Position numbers and translations under genes: made by a program
The notes under the pieces: generated by a model
What the model saw: only the letters and a program-made list of their open reading frames with translations
The model's database searches: none
Told to the model about the DNA's origin: nothing
NCBI GenBank assembly: GCA_965261545.1
Contig: CBDHDF010000011.1
Span: 576,001 to 640,000, forward strand
Source: Bdellovibrionales bacterium
Lineage (GTDB): Bacteria; Bdellovibrionota; Bdellovibrionia; Bdellovibrionales; UBA1609
Length of the DNA stretch: 64,000 nucleotides
Reading direction: 5' to 3'
In this document: positions 48,143 through 58,877 of the stretch, piece by piece
Layout: every line of letters begins with the position of its first letter
Numbering within the stretch: the stretch's first letter is position 1

Positions 48143-49558
48143 TTACAGAAGCTCTTGGTAATCTATAATTTCGACGGCACCTATGGAGCGGATTTGTTCA
48201 ATAGTTTGATCTTTGGGACCATAGATAACAATTTTAATATTGTCGGGGTCAATGGCCCTTTTAATAGCTTTATGGACGTCGGAGGTGCGAATGCGATTCA
48301 CATTTTCATAAAATTGAGTCAGATATGTTTTTGGGACACCAAAAAATTTCAGTGTTAATAAATTAAGGGCAAGGCTGTCTGCGGTTTCGAGCGCTCTTGG
48401 GAAATTCCCTTTGAGAACAGCTTTGGCTCGTTGAAGTTCTTTTTTTGTCACCCCATCTTTTACAAAATTCTTAAGGTTATAGAGAGTTTCTCTTATGGTT
48501 TCACCGACCTTTTCATGTCGAGTGGATGTTGAGATTACAAAGGGACCAAAGTCTTTTCTCGCATCAAAGAAGGAACCAATGTGATAAGTCAGACCTCTTT
48601 TGAGTCGAATTTCGTCTACGAGGCGGCTTCCAAAATCATATCCCAAAATAATATTGGCAAGCTTTAAAGTGAGATAGTCGGGGTGGGACCTTTGAATCCC
48701 CTTGTGAGTCAGGCGTATTTGTGTTTGCTGGACGTCGGCACGGTGAACAAGGCGAATCTGGACACCTGAAATCTTAGGAACTTCAGGATAATGAACGGAA
48801 GAAACATGGTTCCCCTGCCAAAGCCCCAAGTGAGTTTCTAGTTGAGAAATGATATTGTCATCAAAGTCTCCCACCACAGCAAGCATGGAATTTTTTGGAG
48901 TGTAGTGCTCTTTATAGAACTGCAAGATATCTTTGCGGCGGAGGCTCTGAATATTTTTCTTATTTCCAGTGGGGTATCGAGAGTAAGGGTGGTTGCCGTA
49001 GAGGTAGGATTGGAGCACCACCTCAGTGAAAGCTTCAGGTTTATCGACCCTTTTGACCAAAGTGGCAAGAACTTTTTCCTTTAAATTTCTTAATTCATAT
49101 TTTGAAAAAGTGGGTTGGAGAAGAACCTCTGAAAAATCTTTGAGTAACTGGTCTTTATAAAAGGAGAGACCTGATGTTGACATAGTGGTGGTATCTTGGT
49201 CTGAGAAAATACTGAGAGAACTGCCCAACTGTTCTAGGGATTGGGTGATTTCTATGGCGGAGCGTTTTTCGGTTCCCTTATTTATGAGTTGAGCTGTGAG
49301 GTGGGAAAGGCCAAATTTTCCATGGGGATCGGAACTGGCTCCCGAGCGAATGACTAGGGCCAACTCAAGGTAAGGAAGCTTTTTATCGGGTATGAGTAAG
49401 ACCGGGAGTCCATTGGACAGTGTTATTTCACTGAAGGGCCTGAGTTTGAATTTAGAGCTTTGACTTGAAAGTTCTTGGCGATGCTGAGGGGAAGCCTGGC
49501 AAGCTTCGAGGAGCATCATCAAGATCAATGTAAGTCCTATTCTTATGAGATTCCTCAC
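48143..49558 (-). CDS. M16B peptidase-like lipoprotein, non-catalytic subunit
   Basis: LEA-C lipobox, LSNGL, HLTAQ in place of HxxEH, SRLVDEIRLKRGLTY. Confidence 0.88.
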   Translation of the reverse strand: MRNLIRIGLTLILMMLLEACQASPQHRQELSSQSSKFKLRPFSEITLSNGLPVLLIPDKKLPYLELALVIRSGASSDPHGKFGLSHLTAQLINKGTEKRSAIEITQSLEQLGSSLSIFSDQDTTTMSTSGLSFYKDQLLKDFSEVLLQPTFSKYELRNLKEKVLATLVKRVDKPEAFTEVVLQSYLYGNHPYSRYPTGNKKNIQSLRRKDILQFYKEHYTPKNSMLAVVGDFDDNIISQLETHLGLWQGNHVSSVHYPEVPKISGVQIRLVHRADVQQTQIRLTHKGIQRSHPDYLTLKLANIILGYDFGSRLVDEIRLKRGLTYHIGSFFDARKDFGPFVISTSTRHEKVGETIRETLYNLKNFVKDGVTKKELQRAKAVLKGNFPRALETADSLALNLLTLKFFGVPKTYLTQFYENVNRIRTSDVHKAIKRAIDPDNIKIVIYGPKDQTIEQIRSIGAVEIIDYQELL

Positions 49559-51006
49559 AATGTCTCCTTTTTAACGATTTCCACAAGGGATTTTTGAGTG
49601 GGGTTCAAGTATTTTTGAGCCACGGCTAAGACGTCTTCTTTGGTGACGCGTTGATACCTATCCACGTCTAGAAAAAATTGGCTGTAGTCACCAAAGTAAA
49701 TTTCATTGAGGGCAAGAGTTTCAGTTTTTCCACTGATGCTTTTTAAGGAGTCCACATAAGCTCGCATCACTTGGTTTTTTGCTTTGGTCAGTTCTAGGTC
49801 AGTGACAAGGAAGTGGCGGAAGCGGCTGATGATTTTAAGCACTTTTTTTTGAGCTTGTTTTGTGCTTTTGTTGGGTTGCATGGACGTGAAAATGGCCAAG
49901 ACTCCAGGGTTTTTGGGGGTGTAGGCGTAGGCCGAGGAGGAAGTCGCCAGCCTTGACTTGACGACCAGGGATTGGTGGAGGCGACTTGATTCGCCGGATC
50001 CGAGAATAGAAGCGAGAATATCTAGGGCATAAGCATCATCGCTGCCCGCCTTTGTAATTTTATAGGCGTAGTAAAAAATAGGGGCTTGAACCTCTTTTTT
50101 GAGAGTGACCTTGCGTGGGGCCATTTGTTGGGGTTCGGTGGGTATGGTGCGGTCGGGGAGAGGCTGTGGAGGAATGGAACCATAATATTTTTTAATTATT
50201 TTTTTTGCCTTGGCTATGGAGATAGCCCCGACAATAATGAGAACCCCATTGTTGGGAGCGTAATGGGTTTTATAAAAGGCTTTGAGGTCGTCTATGCTGG
50301 CTCCATTGAGGTCGGCCATAGAGCCAAGAACAGTTGCTTTGTAGGGATGGACTTTAAAAACCGAGCCAAACATGGCTGCTCGGAGGGTTCCATGGATACT
50401 ATTATCGAGTCTAGATCGTCGCTCTTCTTTGACCACCTCTCTTTCGCTATCAATTTTGCTTTGCTCAAAGAGAAGGTTTTGCATTCGGTCGGACTCTATG
50501 TCTAGGATGAGCTCCATGGTTTCTTGGGTGCCCACAGTGTAGTAGCCCGTGTAATCGTGGGAAGTAAAGGCATTGTTTTCGAGGCCATGCTTTCTCATCA
50601 TGGAGTTAAAGTCGGGATACTTTTTTGTTCCCTTGAACATGAGGTGTTCAAAGAAATGGGCCAAGCCTGTTTTGCCCGGCTGTTCATGGCGAGAGCCCAC
50701 TCGGAACCAATGTTGAATATTCACTAAGGGGGTTGAGTGATCCTCGTGGAGGAGGACGGTTAGACCATTGTCCAACTGAAATTTTTCCACATGAAAGCGG
50801 ATTTGGTCGGCGACTTTTCTAAATATAGGGCTTTCAACCATTGCAGGCTGTCTTTGAATGTTTTTAGGGATGTTTCTAGAAGGAACTGTTTGAGGGATTG
50901 AACTTTCCAGGTAGAGAAGGGAAGCAAAAAAGAAAAAGACCACAGAGAGAAGAAGGTGGCGGTGGATAAGAATTTGAATTTGTAAGAGTTTTATTTCTGA
51001 GATCAT
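49555..51006 (-). CDS. M16B zinc peptidase, catalytic subunit
   Basis: GLAHFFEHLMFKGT (HxxEH), NAFT, EREVVKEERR. Confidence 0.93.
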   Translation of the reverse strand: MISEIKLLQIQILIHRHLLLSVVFFFFASLLYLESSIPQTVPSRNIPKNIQRQPAMVESPIFRKVADQIRFHVEKFQLDNGLTVLLHEDHSTPLVNIQHWFRVGSRHEQPGKTGLAHFFEHLMFKGTKKYPDFNSMMRKHGLENNAFTSHDYTGYYTVGTQETMELILDIESDRMQNLLFEQSKIDSEREVVKEERRSRLDNSIHGTLRAAMFGSVFKVHPYKATVLGSMADLNGASIDDLKAFYKTHYAPNNGVLIIVGAISIAKAKKIIKKYYGSIPPQPLPDRTIPTEPQQMAPRKVTLKKEVQAPIFYYAYKITKAGSDDAYALDILASILGSGESSRLHQSLVVKSRLATSSSAYAYTPKNPGVLAIFTSMQPNKSTKQAQKKVLKIISRFRHFLVTDLELTKAKNQVMRAYVDSLKSISGKTETLALNEIYFGDYSQFFLDVDRYQRVTKEDVLAVAQKYLNPTQKSLVEIVKKETL

Positions 51007-51029
51007 TTATATCACTTCCTTCCATCTTC

Positions 51030-51281
51030 TTATTTCTGTTTCTTACCGTATTTTTTACGGAACTTTTCAGCTCGTCCCTCTGTATCCACCAAGCGTTGCT
51101 GGCCCGTATAAAAGGGGTGAGACTGGCTGGAGATGTCAAATTTGACGAGAGGGTACTCCTGGCCATTTGTCCAATGGATTGTATCTTTGGTAGAAACGGT
51201 GGATTGGGTGAGGATGGTAAAGTCACAAGAAACATCTTTGAAAACGACATTTCGGGATTCAGGATGTAATTTTTTTTTCAT
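51030..51281 (-). CDS. rpmE2: 50S ribosomal protein L31 type B
   Basis: HP...[23 protein letters not shown]; no CxxC pairs. Confidence 0.93.
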   Translation of the reverse strand: MKKKLHPESRNVVFKDVSCDFTILTQSTVSTKDTIHWTNGQEYPLVKFDISSQSHPFYTGQQRLVDTEGRAEKFRKKYGKKQK

Positions 51282-51487
51282 GGCGGGGTCCTTTGAGCTT
51301 GGTTTGGTTTTGGTAGGTTCATTTGGTTCGCTTGGTTCATTGGGCCCATGGGTTCTTTAGGCCCATGAGTTCCGGGAACTCTTCGATTCTAGTTTTGTCA
51401 GGTATGGGTGTGTTTTGTCATTACATGGTGCAATATTTTTTTTTGAGAAAGCTACCGAATAGCTCATAAAAGTCATACCCTATTCCA

Positions 51488-53749
51488 GTGACTGATTTGG
51501 ACAACAAGAAGAATTTACAGTCGAAGGATTTGGAAGGGGGGGCTTTGGTTGGAGAGCCTCGATCGAGCATGTCTTCAGGTTTCTTGCCCCCTCCTCCAGT
51601 GCATAGCGGAGTTCTTTCCTTAAAACACAAGCTTGCAATTTTGATCCTCATTCTTGTCTTTGGTAGTGGAACTGGGGCTCTGGTGTTCATGACTTTTGAT
51701 CTTAGGTCAAAGATGCGTGTGGAAGCTGAGCGTTACGCCGTCACTGTTGCAGGGACCCTGGCTCGCTTGGCAGGGGTTTCTCAAACGGTCATTGGGGAAG
51801 TCGAGACGATTCTTGATCAACAAATGCTGGCTCAAGCTAAGATTACAGCTCATATGGTGGCCGCAGCGGAAAAGTCGGGAGAATCCCAAAGCCAAATTCG
51901 CAACCGCTTAAAATCCATTGTCAAAGAGACCGATATTGACGAATTTTGGATCACAGATCCCACCGGGCGTGCCTATTTGACCAATGTTGATGGGGTTGAT
52001 TTTAGTTTTTCTTCAGATCCCAAAGAACAGCCTCAAGCTTATATTTTTTACCCCCTTCTCAAAGACAAATCTGTTAAGAATGTTGCCCAAGAGGCTCGCA
52101 TTCGTGAAATTGACGACAGCATGTTTAAGTATGTTGGGACCAAAGGTGTTGACATGCAGCGAATTGTTCAGGTGGGCTACGACTTTGAATTTATGGAAGA
52201 TCTCGTCGACCGGGTGGGGCTCAACCGGCTGGTGGAGGCTATTGTTCGCGACAGGCGAGTGGAATCCATTTGGGTCTTTGACAAAAAGCTTTCGGTTTTG
52301 GCCCATAGTTCCGTTGCAAATATGGAGGCTCAACTCTTTTTTGAGGGGACTTCAACTGAGAGTGCTTTAGCATCGGCAAAAGGCTCTGTTGTAAAGGACC
52401 AGGACCCTATTGTAAAAGACTCCACTGTAGGGAAGGATCGTACTCAAGGAGAAGAAGGAGTTCGAGGGACCCCCTCTGAGGAGGATGAAAATATTGTCCA
52501 AGGGGTTCTCAGCTCCAGTAGAATCGCCCTTTCTTTTGATGGAGGGCATATTCGTGTGGTGGCTCCCATTTTGTCTCCCAACAGCAAAGTGGTTCTAGGA
52601 GCCACTCTTATTCGCTTTCCCACAGATGCTCTTCGTCAGCTTTTAAACCAATCTCTGCAAAAGACCCTAGGTTTTGGAATCATTGCTCTTATCTTGTCCA
52701 TTATCGTCGCCACTATTGTGGGGGGGTGGTTGAGTCGTCCCATTTTGGCTTTAACTTCCTCGGTGCGCGCACTCTATGGAGGACAACTCAATTTATTACC
52801 CATTGCACCTTTTACGAGTCGGAAGGATGAACTGGGAACTTTTGTTCGAGAATTTCAACGCATGGCTGTGGATATCCACCAAAAAAAAGAAGAACTCGAT
52901 CAGTTGGTGAGGGAGCGCACCGCAGCCCTGGAAAATGCACAAAAGCAAATGCGTGATGAAGTGGCCTTGGCAAGTTCCTTTCAGGCGGCCCTTCTTCCCA
53001 AGCCTCCAAAGCACAATCGCTTTTCTGGCTATGGATTTATGCGTCCGGCCAAAGAGATGGGAGGAGATTTTTACGATATCTTTACCATTGATGAAGACCA
53101 CTTAGGTTTTGCCATTGCCGACGTGTCGGGCAAGGGAATCCCTGCGGCTTTTTTCATGTCTGTATCTCGTACAGAGCTACGCAATGAGGGGATCACAGGA
53201 GGTAGCCCCGCTCTTGTTCTTGAGCGTGTCAACGCCAAGCTTTGTGAAGAAAATCCCTTAGAGATGTTTGTCACCGTTTTTTACGCCATTTTAGACCATA
53301 AAAATGGAATTCTCAAATATGCCAACGGTGGCCACAATCCACCTTATATCATTTCAGACCCAAATTCATTCCATTCATCTCCACCTCACTCGTCCGACGC
53401 CTCCAAAAATACGAGGGTGGAGCAGATACCTTCCAAGGGAGATTTGGTTTTAGGTATGATTGAAAATATCAGCTTTCATGAGGGTGAAGTGAAACTTAAA
53501 CCCAACGACACTCTCTTTCTCTACACGGATGGTATATGTGAGGCTTTTAATCTTGAAAAACAGGAGTTTACCAATCGGCGTATGGAGGAAGTTTTTCAAG
53601 CAGGTCTATTTAAGAATGATGAGGATGCTATTGATCAAATGTTAGCCGCTGTGGATAGTCACGTGGGTGAAGCTCCACAGTCCGATGATATAACATGTCT
53701 ATCTCTACGTTGGTATGGAGATAGTGAAGACCAGTCGTCGCAGGGCTAG
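51488..53749 (+). CDS. Membrane sensor PP2C/SpoIIE (RsbU-like) phosphatase with HAMP domain
   Basis: Two TMs around an extracytoplasmic domain, DELG, GGDFYD, IADVSGKG, NGGHNPP, YTDG, SDDIT. Confidence 0.9.
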   Translation: MTDLDNKKNLQSKDLEGGALVGEPRSSMSSGFLPPPPVHSGVLSLKHKLAILILILVFGSGTGALVFMTFDLRSKMRVEAERYAVTVAGTLARLAGVSQTVIGEVETILDQQMLAQAKITAHMVAAAEKSGESQSQIRNRLKSIVKETDIDEFWITDPTGRAYLTNVDGVDFSFSSDPKEQPQAYIFYPLLKDKSVKNVAQEARIREIDDSMFKYVGTKGVDMQRIVQVGYDFEFMEDLVDRVGLNRLVEAIVRDRRVESIWVFDKKLSVLAHSSVANMEAQLFFEGTSTESALASAKGSVVKDQDPIVKDSTVGKDRTQGEEGVRGTPSEEDENIVQGVLSSSRIALSFDGGHIRVVAPILSPNSKVVLGATLIRFPTDALRQLLNQSLQKTLGFGIIALILSIIVATIVGGWLSRPILALTSSVRALYGGQLNLLPIAPFTSRKDELGTFVREFQRMAVDIHQKKEELDQLVRERTAALENAQKQMRDEVALASSFQAALLPKPPKHNRFSGYGFMRPAKEMGGDFYDIFTIDEDHLGFAIADVSGKGIPAAFFMSVSRTELRNEGITGGSPALVLERVNAKLCEENPLEMFVTVFYAILDHKNGILKYANGGHNPPYIISDPNSFHSSPPHSSDASKNTRVEQIPSKGDLVLGMIENISFHEGEVKLKPNDTLFLYTDGICEAFNLEKQEFTNRRMEEVFQAGLFKNDEDAIDQMLAAVDSHVGEAPQSDDITCLSLRWYGDSEDQSSQG

Positions 53750-53995
53750 TATAGGGATAATGTGGAGAGTAGGGTGGTATAGATAGTGGCAAAAGGTCGT
53801 TGATCTGAACACTTAACGCTTAATATTTATATTTATACTTAGTATACTTGAGTATGTTTAAGTAAATTTATGTATACTTAAGCTACTTGTAGGTTACTTG
53901 TAAGTTACCTGTACTTAAACTTCAGTGAGTGACGATACCTAGGGGATCCCCCACAGGGTGGTTCGTGGCATTCAACCAAGGGTAAGGATGGTGTT

Positions 53996-55720
53996 TTGGC
54001 TCAAACTTGTGTCGGCATAGATCTAGGTTCCTATAGTATTAAGGTGGCTGAAATCAAGTCTTCTTCCAAAGGTCTGGCTTTAGTTCGCCTGGAGGAGTAC
54101 CCCTTAAGTCTGGACATCCATCAAGATCGAAAAATTGAAATCATCGAATTGCTTTTAAGGCTTTCCAATGAATACACAGAAGATGTTCAGTTTATTTTGG
54201 GGGTTCAACAGCGTCTTGTCAGCGTACGCTTATGTCGATTTCCTTTTCGAGAAAGACATAAAATCTTAAAAAGTGTCTCTTTTGAATTGGAAGATGAGAT
54301 TCCCTTCACTCAAGAAGATGCCATTTTTGATGTGAAGGTGGTTCAGCATAAAGGCCACCAAGCGGAGGTCCTCGCTATTGCTTGCCCTAAAAATTATGTG
54401 CGCGATCTTATAGAGCTTTGTCAAGATAGCTCTATTAAGCCTCATATTCTGAGTGTGGGAGGACTGGCCACAGCCAATATTTTTGGTCGGTGGGTGGGAA
54501 TCAGTAATCCCTTGGAAGACAATAGCATGCTCATGGAGACTGAGGAGATGATGGTGGAGGAGGGGCTTCCGGGCACGCCTCCTACAGCGACTTCTTCATC
54601 CCGTGTTGTTCTCCAAATGGGTCACACAAGTAGTGTGCTTATGATCTTTAAGGAGGAAGTGCTTTTTGATGTGCGCCATATAGACTTTGGTGGATATCAT
54701 GTCGCTGAAGCTATCGCAGAACACTACAAGATATCTTTTACAGAAGCTTTACATGAGTTACGAGCTAAACCCTATGTTCTTCTTAGTCACGAGGGGGCCA
54801 CCAAAGAGCAAATTATATTTTCTAACATTATTAAAAGGTCTTTTCATTATTTTTCTATACAGGTGCGCCTTACTCTCCTTGAAGACCAGGCTAGATTTAA
54901 TCTGAAGTACGTTGAAGTCTCCATGACGGGGGGATTGAGTCGAATTAAGAATATTGGCGCCTACCTTACTCAAACCATTGAAATACCCACCAATCGTCTC
55001 AAATACATTTCTCCCATTCCTGAGGTGGAAATGGAATCCGAAGAGTCCACATTGGTTTGGGGGCTGACTGCCGTTGGCCTCGCCATGGAGGGCTTTAAAA
55101 GGCCCAAGAATCCAGCAACCAACCTCTTGCAGGGGGAATTCGCTATCAAGGGTGATGGCTTTCAACACTTTTGGGAAAAGTGGTCTTATACGGTACAAGT
55201 ATGTGCCGTAGCTTTTGTACTTTTTTGTACCTTTGCCCTTATTCGTTATAACTTAGCCGTAGAGGCTCAATCCCAGGTCAAAAAACAAGTGAAAAAGCAG
55301 GCGAAGGTCATCGCTGGTCTCAAAGGCCGCCAAGCTCGAGAGAAAAAAATTAAGGCGCTTATTAAGTCCAATAAGAAAATCAGCAAAAGCATGTCATCGG
55401 CTAAGAAAATTCAAAAATTAACCTCAGCTATGGAGATATTGAAGCAAGTATCAGAGGCTGTTCCCTCAAAGTCAGACATTGGTCTCAATATTAAGTCTAT
55501 GACCATCTTGAGAGGAGATGTGACATTGGTTGGTGAGGTTGGCCAATCTTCTCACCTTATTTCCTTGTTGAGTGGTTTAAAGAAAATCGCCAAGGGTTCC
55601 CAGGTGGAGACACTAAAACCTTCCCAAAGTCCTTCTAAAAAAGGACAAGTTGCCTTTAGTTACAAATTCAAGATGAATTTTCTTTCGGAGAAGGGGGCGG
55701 CTCCAAGAGGTAAAATGTGA
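53996..55720 (+). CDS. gspL: Type II secretion protein L (PilM-like actin-fold cytoplasmic domain)
   Basis: VGIDLGSYSIKV, FELEDEIPF, TGG, then TM and periplasmic domain; followed by M- and N-like genes. Confidence 0.8.
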   Translation: MAQTCVGIDLGSYSIKVAEIKSSSKGLALVRLEEYPLSLDIHQDRKIEIIELLLRLSNEYTEDVQFILGVQQRLVSVRLCRFPFRERHKILKSVSFELEDEIPFTQEDAIFDVKVVQHKGHQAEVLAIACPKNYVRDLIELCQDSSIKPHILSVGGLATANIFGRWVGISNPLEDNSMLMETEEMMVEEGLPGTPPTATSSSRVVLQMGHTSSVLMIFKEEVLFDVRHIDFGGYHVAEAIAEHYKISFTEALHELRAKPYVLLSHEGATKEQIIFSNIIKRSFHYFSIQVRLTLLEDQARFNLKYVEVSMTGGLSRIKNIGAYLTQTIEIPTNRLKYISPIPEVEMESEESTLVWGLTAVGLAMEGFKRPKNPATNLLQGEFAIKGDGFQHFWEKWSYTVQVCAVAFVLFCTFALIRYNLAVEAQSQVKKQVKKQAKVIAGLKGRQAREKKIKALIKSNKKISKSMSSAKKIQKLTSAMEILKQVSEAVPSKSDIGLNIKSMTILRGDVTLVGEVGQSSHLISLLSGLKKIAKGSQVETLKPSQSPSKKGQVAFSYKFKMNFLSEKGAAPRGKM

Positions 55721-56445
55721 GTTTCGACGACATTAAAGACCAAGTCAAGGATAAATGGGCTGAACTGCAAGACCAACTCGAAGAAAGCACTGTTTACAAT
55801 AACTTCAAAGAAAAGTTTCTCGAATTTCCGGTGGCTGTGCAAAGAGTTATCGTTGTGGGCGGCCTTCTCTTTGGAGCTTGGCTTGTGATGGCTCTGCCCA
55901 TGTCTTATATGAGTTCCGCCAGTGAGTCTATAGATTCGTATGACTCCCAACTGAAGTTAATAGATGAACTTTTTGAGTATGGGCGAGTGGATCCATCCAT
56001 GTCAGGGCTGCCACAGGGAGAGAGCCTTGCGGGTATGATAAGTGTTTTTCGCTCTTCGCTGCAATCCTTTCAATTGCTTTCTGAGCAAATTGTAGAGGTG
56101 AAGGAGGCTTCTACCAAGGAGTGGGGAGAGCCCACCCTGGCAACTCCCCCGATCATACAGTCTCATTTTCAAGTGAAGCTCCAGTGGCTCACAGTTCAAC
56201 AGATTATTGATATTGGCTTTCGACTTCAGAGTTTAAAATCCCATGTCAGAATGCTTGGTTTAGATATTCAGGAAGATCGAGAAAAGAACCACTACTATAA
56301 CGTCACCTATAAATTTGCGGGATTCTCTCTTCCTAAGCTCGAAGTGGAAGATGTAAGTGAAGATGGAGATGAAAAAGTTGGCAAGGGTGGGAAAAAGAAA
56401 CGAAAGAAACTGAGAAAGAGAAAAAAGCATCGTTCAAAAAAGTAG
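55717..56445 (+). CDS. gspM: Type II secretion protein M-like
   Basis: Single TM; coupled to gspL (GTGA overlap); called mainly on position. Confidence 0.55.
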   Translation: MSFDDIKDQVKDKWAELQDQLEESTVYNNFKEKFLEFPVAVQRVIVVGGLLFGAWLVMALPMSYMSSASESIDSYDSQLKLIDELFEYGRVDPSMSGLPQGESLAGMISVFRSSLQSFQLLSEQIVEVKEASTKEWGEPTLATPPIIQSHFQVKLQWLTVQQIIDIGFRLQSLKSHVRMLGLDIQEDREKNHYYNVTYKFAGFSLPKLEVEDVSEDGDEKVGKGGKKKRKKLRKRKKHRSKK

Positions 56446-56529
56446 GACCAAATAGTAGTTGCGTTAAGCCCGCCAAAGTAGCGCCAAGTACGCCAAATTA
56501 GTGCCAATGAATATCAGTGAGGAATTTTT

Positions 56530-57522
56530 ATGGTGATGATAATGGTACCCCTTCAATGGATGAAAAATTTGTTAAAGTATCACAAAAAGAAAATAGCTCT
56601 TGTGGTACTCCTCATCTTTTTGTTTTTTATTCTTCTTTTTCCGTATAAAGATCTCTCGAATTTACTCACGTTTCAAGTTTCAAAGGCCACCCAGAACCAA
56701 GTTTTTCTAAGGTTTGATAAAATTGGTTTAAGCTTTCTTCCTGGCTTGGGGATTAAGCTCACTGATGTTCGCATTGATACGCCATCTTTGCCCACGATCC
56801 AAGTGGACCAACTCTCTATTGCCTTTTCCCTGATGAAGCTTCTTGTTTTTAAGGTCGTTTTAAATCTTTCGGCCCAGGGTTTGTGGGAAGGCCAAGTTCA
56901 GTTTGCAGGGGAAGTCGAAAATATGCGCAGTTCTCCCCATCTTTCCTCGGCAAGCCTGAAATTTGAAAACATCAACCTCCAAAGGCTTTCAGCCTTTATT
57001 CAAAGTTCTCGAAAATCTCCTTTAGAATTTGTGGGGCAACTTAAGGGTCAAATGGAGTGGGAGGTTGAGGACCCTAGCTTTAAGAAGCAGCCTCGTGGTC
57101 AAATGGTTGTGACTGTGACCAATATGCAACCCCCCTCCTCTGTATCCACAGCTCTTGGCCCCTTAGCCCTGCCAGATATAAAATTTTCATCTCTCTCCAT
57201 GAAGGTTCGCTTGGGAGGAGGGCAAGTGATGATTGATGAGGGGCGCCTTGGTCAAAATCAAGAGCCCATGAGTGGGCAGTTCAAAGGAAAAGTTGGGCTC
57301 AAGTGGAGGCGGGCAGGAACTAAATTGAGTGTGAATCTCAAGGATTACGAATTGAAATTAGATATGCATGTCAAAAAATCACTCAAGTCTGAGCTTGCCT
57401 TATTTTTGGGCTTTATCGGAAAATTTGAAACCAAAACCAATGATGGGTCACGCTACTTGTTTGAAGTGAGTGGCCCTAATTTTCGGTCTTCCCCTAACTT
57501 AACCTCCATCCAGAAGCTATAA
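56530..57522 (+). CDS. gspN: Type II secretion protein N
   Basis: N-terminal TM ending LFPY followed by a beta-rich domain; position after gspLM. Confidence 0.72.
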   Translation: MVMIMVPLQWMKNLLKYHKKKIALVVLLIFLFFILLFPYKDLSNLLTFQVSKATQNQVFLRFDKIGLSFLPGLGIKLTDVRIDTPSLPTIQVDQLSIAFSLMKLLVFKVVLNLSAQGLWEGQVQFAGEVENMRSSPHLSSASLKFENINLQRLSAFIQSSRKSPLEFVGQLKGQMEWEVEDPSFKKQPRGQMVVTVTNMQPPSSVSTALGPLALPDIKFSSLSMKVRLGGGQVMIDEGRLGQNQEPMSGQFKGKVGLKWRRAGTKLSVNLKDYELKLDMHVKKSLKSELALFLGFIGKFETKTNDGSRYLFEVSGPNFRSSPNLTSIQKL

Positions 57523-57529
57523 GCTATTT

Positions 57530-57559
57530 ACCTGAATTCCCCAAATTTTTGAACTAGGT
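57530..57559. repeat. 30-bp element, copy 1 (ACCTGAATTCCCC-N9-AACTAGGT)
   Basis: Same length and same arms as 59896-59925. Confidence 0.7.
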
Positions 57560-57745
57560 GTTAGACGACAATCAAATCAAGATGAATTTTACTCTGTGGC
57601 TTTTCGAAAATGTATGTACACATCTTTGGAAGACATTCAAAAAGATTTGGATGAATACGTGTGGAAGTATTATAGTGGACCCCAAAAACAGACTGGTTGC
57701 TAAGTTACACCGCAGCGGGTAAAAAGCCCCTCATAGGAGGGGATA

Positions 57746-58036
57746 ATGAGAAAGAAACACAGCGCACAATTTAAGGCCAGAGTCGCACTTGACGCCATTC
57801 GTGAGACTGACACAATGGCAGAGTTGGCCTCCAAGCATGGAGTTCACCGCATCCAAATCCAAGATTGGAAGAAGCAAGCTATTGAAGCCATTCCTAAGGC
57901 CTTAGCGAGCAAAAAAAAGGACAACAACGAGGTAGAAGAACAAAGAAAAACCATTGATGAATTGTATCGGCAAATAGGGCAGTTAAAGGTTGAAAATGAT
58001 TGGTTAAAAAAAAAATCTGAGAGCTTCAATGCCTGA
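57746..58036 (+). CDS. IS3-family transposase OrfA
   Basis: HTH and coiled coil [27 protein letters not shown]. Confidence 0.92.
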   Translation: MRKKHSAQFKARVALDAIRETDTMAELASKHGVHRIQIQDWKKQAIEAIPKALASKKKDNNEVEEQRKTIDELYRQIGQLKVENDWLKKKSESFNA

Positions 58037-58877
58037 GAAAAAAGCCGCTATCAATTGGAAACATCCAAATATTTGTGTCACTCGCCAATGTGAGTTGCTA
58101 GGACTCTCTAAGGGAGCCTTGTACTACAAGCCCATACCTGAGAGTGCCTACAACTTAAAACTGATGAGTTTAATTGACAAACAGTACTTGGAGACCCCTT
58201 TTTATGGGAGCCGTAAAATGGCAGCTCACTTAAGACTTAATGGCCATGGGGTCAACCGCAAGAGGATTCAGCGGCTCATGGAAAAGATGTGTCTTTTCGC
58301 TATCTTCCCAGGTCCAAACACCAGTCAGCGAAACCATCAGCATAAGGTTTATCCCTACCTACTTAAGGGGCTTAATATCTGCTTCCCCAACCAAGTGTGG
58401 GCTACTGATATTACTTTTATAAGGTTGTCTGGTGGCTTTGCTTACTTGGTAGCTGTGATAGATTGGTTTAGCCGATTTGTTCTGTCTTGGAGACTTTCTA
58501 ATAGCCTTGAGACAACTTTTTGTTTAGAAGTCTTTGAGGAAGCCATAGAAACATTTGGTTGCCCTGATATCGTCAATACTGATCAAGGGTGCCAATTCAC
58601 TTCTGAGGTTTTCACAAAATTATTGAAAAATCATGGAATCTCGATCAGTATGGACGGCAAAGGCAGGTGTTTAGACAACATCATGATCGAGCGGCTTTGG
58701 CGGTCTGTTAAGTACGAAGAGGTTTACTTGAAAGGCTATCAAGACAAATCAATGGTTCAAGCCAACAAAGGTTTTAAAACGTATTTTAATTTTTATAATA
58801 ATAAAAGGCCACACCAGTCTCTTCAGGATTGCACCCCTTATCAGGTGCATATGGGAGAGGTGGATTTAACACATTAA
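58029..58877 (+). CDS. IS3-family transposase OrfB (DDE integrase core)
   Basis: [35 protein letters not shown]. Confidence 0.93.
   Translation: MPEKKAAINWKHPNICVTRQCELLGLSKGALYYKPIPESAYNLKLMSLIDKQYLETPFYGSRKMAAHLRLNGHGVNRKRIQRLMEKMCLFAIFPGPNTSQRNHQHKVYPYLLKGLNICFPNQVWATDITFIRLSGGFAYLVAVIDWFSRFVLSWRLSNSLETTFCLEVFEEAIETFGCPDIVNTDQGCQFTSEVFTKLLKNHGISISMDGKGRCLDNIMIERLWRSVKYEEVYLKGYQDKSMVQANKGFKTYFNFYNNKRPHQSLQDCTPYQVHMGEVDLTH

Noticed and set aside
53820..53920. AT-rich stretch with 11-bp degenerate repeats upstream of gspL
   Set aside because: Fits the general micro-duplication pattern; I saw no DnaA boxes or iteron regularity to call an origin or operator
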